Source: an uncultured Chloroflexia bacterium (GTDB lineage: Bacteria; Chloroflexota; Ktedonobacteria; Ktedonobacterales; Ktedonobacteraceae). From it: DNA of 64,000 bases. This document shows, in pieces, positions 62,400-64,000 of this stretch. The notes below the pieces were generated by a model, which saw only the letters and a program-made list of their open reading frames with translations, did no database searches and had not been told where the DNA came from. The position numbers and the translations under genes were made by a program. The DNA lies in NCBI GenBank assembly GCA_963717105.1, contig CAVQVL010000012.1:122577-186576 (forward strand), given 5' to 3'. The number at the start of each line of letters is the position of its first letter. Positions within the stretch are counted from its first letter, which is position 1.

Positions 62400-63170
62400 A
62401 TGCCCCTTCTTGAAGGAAAGAAAGCCCTTATTTTTGGTATCGCCAATCATCGTTCCATTGGTTGGGCCATCGCGCAGGCACTTGCCGCCGAGGGAGCGCA
62501 ACTCGCCTTCTCCTATCAGGAGCGCATGGAAAAATATGTGCGCGATCTCGCGGCAAAAATTCCCGGCACTACTGTTATGGAATGCGATGTGCAGAATGAT
62601 GAGCAACTGGACGCCGCCTTTGCTCAGGCAAGCGAAGTGTTCAACGGCCAACTGGATATCCTCATTCATTCCGTTGCCTTTGCGCCGCCACGCGAGTTGG
62701 AAAATCCCTTTGTCGAAACGACCCGCGAAGGTTTCCATACTGCACTCGACATCAGTGCCTACTCGCTGGTCGCGATGGCAAAACGTGCCAAACCGTTGAT
62801 GCAGGCAAACGGTGGCAGCATCCTCACACTTACCTATATGGCGAGTGAACGCGTTATGCCTAAATACAATGTAATGGCGGTAGCGAAGGCTGCACTGGAG
62901 TGCAGTGTGCGCTATCTGGCTTTTGAACTGGGCGAACACAATATTCGCGTCAATGCCATATCCGCTGGGCCGCTCAATACGCTGGCAGCGCGTGGTGTCT
63001 CTGGCTTCACCGCCTTCCGCGAGCAGATGGGTTCTTCGGCTCCTCTGCGCCGCAATATTGAGCAGAGCGAGGTGGGAGATGCTGCCATGTTCCTGTGCAG
63101 CCCGCTCGCCCGTGCGATTACCGGCGAAATCATGTTCGTAGACGCCGGTTACAACATCATGGGCGCATAG
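62400..63170 (+). CDS. fabI: Enoyl-[acyl-carrier-protein] reductase (NADH)
   Basis: GKKALIFGIANHRSIGWAIAQ, YNVMAVAKAALE, SAGPLNTLAA. Confidence 0.9.
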   Translation: MPLLEGKKALIFGIANHRSIGWAIAQALAAEGAQLAFSYQERMEKYVRDLAAKIPGTTVMECDVQNDEQLDAAFAQASEVFNGQLDILIHSVAFAPPRELENPFVETTREGFHTALDISAYSLVAMAKRAKPLMQANGGSILTLTYMASERVMPKYNVMAVAKAALECSVRYLAFELGEHNIRVNAISAGPLNTLAARGVSGFTAFREQMGSSAPLRRNIEQSEVGDAAMFLCSPLARAITGEIMFVDAGYNIMGA

Positions 63171-63255
63171 ATGTAATACAGGAGAAAAAACAGACGTTTG
63201 CATGAGATGCTCAGCGTCTCATGCAAACGTCTGTTTTTTCTCCTGTATTACATCT
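63169..63255. terminator. Perfect 39-bp-stem hairpin (9-nt loop) beginning inside the fabI TAG stop
   Basis: 63169-63207 is the reverse complement of 63217-63255. Confidence 0.7.
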
Positions 63256-63262
63256 ACTTTCT

Positions 63263-64000
63263 TTACTGCTCAACGCGGCGAATAATTGTGGGTGCTTGAG
63301 GAGCCGGTTCGCCACAGATGCTGCAATAGCGTGCATTGGAACGGTTCATATGCCCGCAAGGCCACGGACGCAAGGTGCCGGAGACCATGCTCGGCGGCGT
63401 GTTGGGAAACTGACCCGCCTGTCCTGTTTGCTGATACGGCACTGGCATTTGTGGTGAATTTGGAATAGTGGGTGCCGCACCAAAAGCCGCCATTGGATCG
63501 TTAAATGGGTCCGGCTGTACTGGTTGCCCTGGTGATGGCTGAAATGATTGTGGTACAGGTGCGTTCTGTGATTGCGTATAACTTCCATTGCTGCCTGGCG
63601 TCCCCTGTGTATTTTGTATTCCTTGCCATTGCTGTGATGTCGCCGCAGGAGGCGTATGCTGGAATGGTTCAGCAGGTTCTATTGCCACTTTCTGTTTACC
63701 GCGCCTACGCATGATCATCGCGAAGAGCAAGACGACCAGCAACAAGACGAGGATGACGGCGGCAATTATTCCTGCATAGGTTAGTGTTGAGCTGAAGGTC
63801 GAGTTATTGACCGGATGCTTAGGTGTAGGCGTAGGTACTGGCTCAGCTTTTGCTTGTTGCTGCGCATATGTCAGGTATGGTGTAATAGCCAGGAACAAGG
63901 GATATTTGGTCGCAAGACTTTGCAGTTCCTGTGCTGCTTTGTGCCAATGACCCGGTGCTGTTGCTGAGTAATCGTTGAATGCCTGGCTCCATGCCTTCTG
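63263..64000 (-). CDS. Single-pass membrane protein with a C-terminal zinc-ribbon; 5' end beyond the window
   Basis: The frame stays open to position 64000 (QKAWSQAFNDY...). TM helix YAGIIAAVILVLLLVVLLFAMIM, Q/P-rich linker, C-terminal CGHMNRSNARYCSICGEP. Confidence 0.55.
   Translation of the reverse strand, partial: QKAWSQAFNDYSATAPGHWHKAAQELQSLATKYPLFLAITPYLTYAQQQAKAEPVPTPTPKHPVNNSTFSSTLTYAGIIAAVILVLLLVVLLFAMIMRRRGKQKVAIEPAEPFQHTPPAATSQQWQGIQNTQGTPGSNGSYTQSQNAPVPQSFQPSPGQPVQPDPFNDPMAAFGAAPTIPNSPQMPVPYQQTGQAGQFPNTPPSMVSGTLRPWPCGHMNRSNARYCSICGEPAPQAPTIIRRVEQ

Noticed and set aside
62352-63203. 283-aa minus-strand ORF.
   Set aside because: It is antisense to fabI, whose product is unmistakable, and has no motif of its own.

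Overview
Bacterial chromosomal segment, moderately GC-rich. Protein signatures look Chloroflexota/Ktedonobacteria-like or otherwise Gram-positive-type, but the taxon cannot be proven from sequence alone. Most of the window is housekeeping: the 5' part of dnaB (-), two cyclophilins, an ECF transporter module, tRNA-Leu, tig-clpX-lon (no clpP), three tandem DUF4870-like membrane paralogues, a GNAT plus two FemAB genes, trmD, a PAS histidine kinase/OmpR pair, glycogen genes (GH57, debranching enzyme), tRNA-Pro, dnaG-rpoD, gap-pgk-tpiA, hutH/hutI and fabI. Four non-coding features stand out. (i) A ~1.05 kb array of about 45 DnaA boxes with an AT-rich core lies just upstream of dnaG (candidate oriC or DnaA sink), and a smaller cluster lies upstream of dnaB. 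(ii) At least 16 unique inverted repeats of 19-44 bp (15 perfect, one with a single mismatch) sit in intergenic DNA, usually starting at or containing stop codons. (iii) Seven copies of an 18-bp palindrome ATGTTTCAYRTGAAACAT are confined to 53.4-60.1 kb. (iv) A ~160 bp imperfect palindrome is translated in-frame inside the fused ECF ATPase. The region 19.5-29.3 kb looks accessory. It holds a methyltransferase, a LuxR-type pseudo-receiver regulator, a MauE-like + TlpA-like redox pair, a Tat-signal 12-Cys small-protein gene split by an IS630 element, an unknown membrane protein, and a multiply frameshifted FtsX/MacB-type ABC exporter. The intact small-protein ORF can be reconstructed across the TA duplication of the IS. 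Many ORFs, including essential ones (lon, dnaG, rpoD), are broken by single frameshifts, so assembly indel errors must be excluded before calling pseudogenes. All family calls rest on motif recognition by eye; no database search was possible.
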